A stretch of DNA of 64,000 bases, from assembly GCA_043228905.1 (NCBI GenBank), contig JBHGNT010000007.1, positions 5,084,001 to 5,148,000 on the forward strand. The letters are read 5' to 3'. The translations under genes were made by a program, and so were the position numbers. Within the stretch, counting starts at the first letter, position 1. The number at the start of each line of letters is the position of its first letter. Below, in pieces: positions 62,501-64,000 of the stretch. The notes under the pieces were generated by a model. It saw only the letters and a program-made list of their open reading frames with translations. It did no database searches and was not told where the DNA came from. The stretch comes from Azolla caroliniana. Lineage: Eukaryota; Plantae; Polypodiophyta.

Positions 62501-64000
62501 GAATTCGAGTACATTTGAAGGGTTGACATTGATGCATGGCAATGTGGTGCGTCAATAATCCAATCTACACACTAGCATTCAGCAATTGATCGAGGATCCT
62601 CATATCGAGGAGCTTGTTGGAGTCTTTGATTTAGGTAACGATCTAGAACCATTAAAGACAAGGGTCTTAACATAACCTTTTTCTAGCGAAAAGAATGAGC
62701 CTCTACCATTTGAGACTACACCAATATTTTGGAATGGAGGAGCAATAAAGTTGCAAACGATAGTAACTTAGTTGTAATTACGGCATTAAAATTTTGCTTC
62801 ACTAGCAACTATATAATAACCATATAGAGTTAATATTGCACATTTTGTCGCTTGTGCATGTGCACATGGAAGATGAAAGAAAGCAAATGTTTCACTACAT
62901 TGTTGAAAATTTAGGCATGTTGTTTAAAAAAAAAATGCAATATTGAGAAATGCATGTGCGTCAAGGGCTATGAATATTTCTGCCTCATTGTCTCTCAGTG
63001 TCTCTCAAGCGAAATAATACACAATAAACATGCATTAATTTAAACTCTAGTTTAAAATGACATTTTAATTCAAGATGTTGTCATAATTTCATAATCCAAT
63101 TTATACTTTTTTTTTCCCAAAAAGAAGCTACTTCCCCATTAGTTAGGAGAGATTGTTATAGAAAGACTATACAAGGTGGCTTATACATAAATTCGGGGAA
63201 TCACCCTCCAACCGGGCAATTTATACTTTGTTTGGAGCTTTGATTTAAGTTGTCATTTTGATCAAGATTTCCAATTTAAAATACCGTCATGAAGTTAGAT
63301 ATAGCGGAAAATCTCACAAGTAAGAAGAAAGTTCATTTACAAGATTAAGAACAATAAACCCAAAATGACTTGAGAAAACTCTTCGTCATACTAAAACATT
63401 GTTTATGATTGAACGAAATCTAGACTTTATGAACATGCCATGACAAAGTTGATAAGGTTGTAGACCAAGTTAATTTCTCTCGCTCAATAGTCTCCATTAA
63501 CAGATGATTGAGATTGATTTTGTTCTTGAACAATCCACACAAATAGGGTGCCTATATTGCGCTATGCGCATCTTGAAACATATGCCATTGGAATTCCCAT
63601 TGAACAACCGTTCATGTGCCATGTGTCACACAAACGAAGTCTTCAATATTTTACAAGATAACCACAAAAGAATAATGTACCATTGGTCCATTAGGCCTTT
63701 ACACCCCCGAAAGAGAAGGACATTATTGATGATGTATGTGCATCCTTTAAACCCTCCTTTCCACCATCATTCCAGCTCGTTTGTTGTACCATACCTTTTG
63801 TTGCCCACCAAACATACTATACTGGAGATCCCATGTGAAAAGATTTAGTCCCCTGTGAAAAAGACAAAGTTTATATGATACAACTCGTCTACTTTGTCCC
63901 AATATTTGAAAACACCATGTAGCTTGAGCTAGTGGACATGTTCTTGTTTCTTGCAGAGTTATAACAAAAGTTTAGGTTTTAAACTACAAAATGTGTCCTT

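Overview
Eukaryotic, AT-rich, transposon-dense plant genomic DNA. It is probably from a non-seed plant such as a lycophyte or fern (inference from a Tcn1/Tf1-sushi-type chromovirus together with an LxLxLxL-type Aux/IAA). Two host genes can be reconstructed with phase-consistent GT-AG introns: a nuclear-encoded mitochondrial elongation factor EF-Ts (minus strand, 8 exons, 31440-46532, with a 7.5 kb intron 1 filled with nested Ty1/copia pieces) and a divergently oriented Aux/IAA repressor (plus strand, 54488-~56976). The most striking object is a young, complete Ty3/gypsy chromovirus (1344-7191; 471-bp LTRs that look identical; GTTTG TSD). It carries several cis-signals readable from the sequence: a tRNA-independent self-priming PBS, a GUUAAAC -1 frameshift site with a downstream stem/possible pseudoknot, a heat-shock-element array upstream of the TATA box, an antisense tRNA-like A/B-box in U3, and an in-frame 63-bp duplication inside the integrase zinc finger. 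Other notable items are a CSLD pseudogene fragment fused to a 5'-truncated copia element, a palindromic hAT dimer with three TIRs, MULE and hAT MITEs, solo LTRs, and LINE, SINE-like and Helitron remnants. I found no CRISPR array, rRNA, intact tRNA or new multi-gene system. All family assignments are from motif recognition, not database searches.
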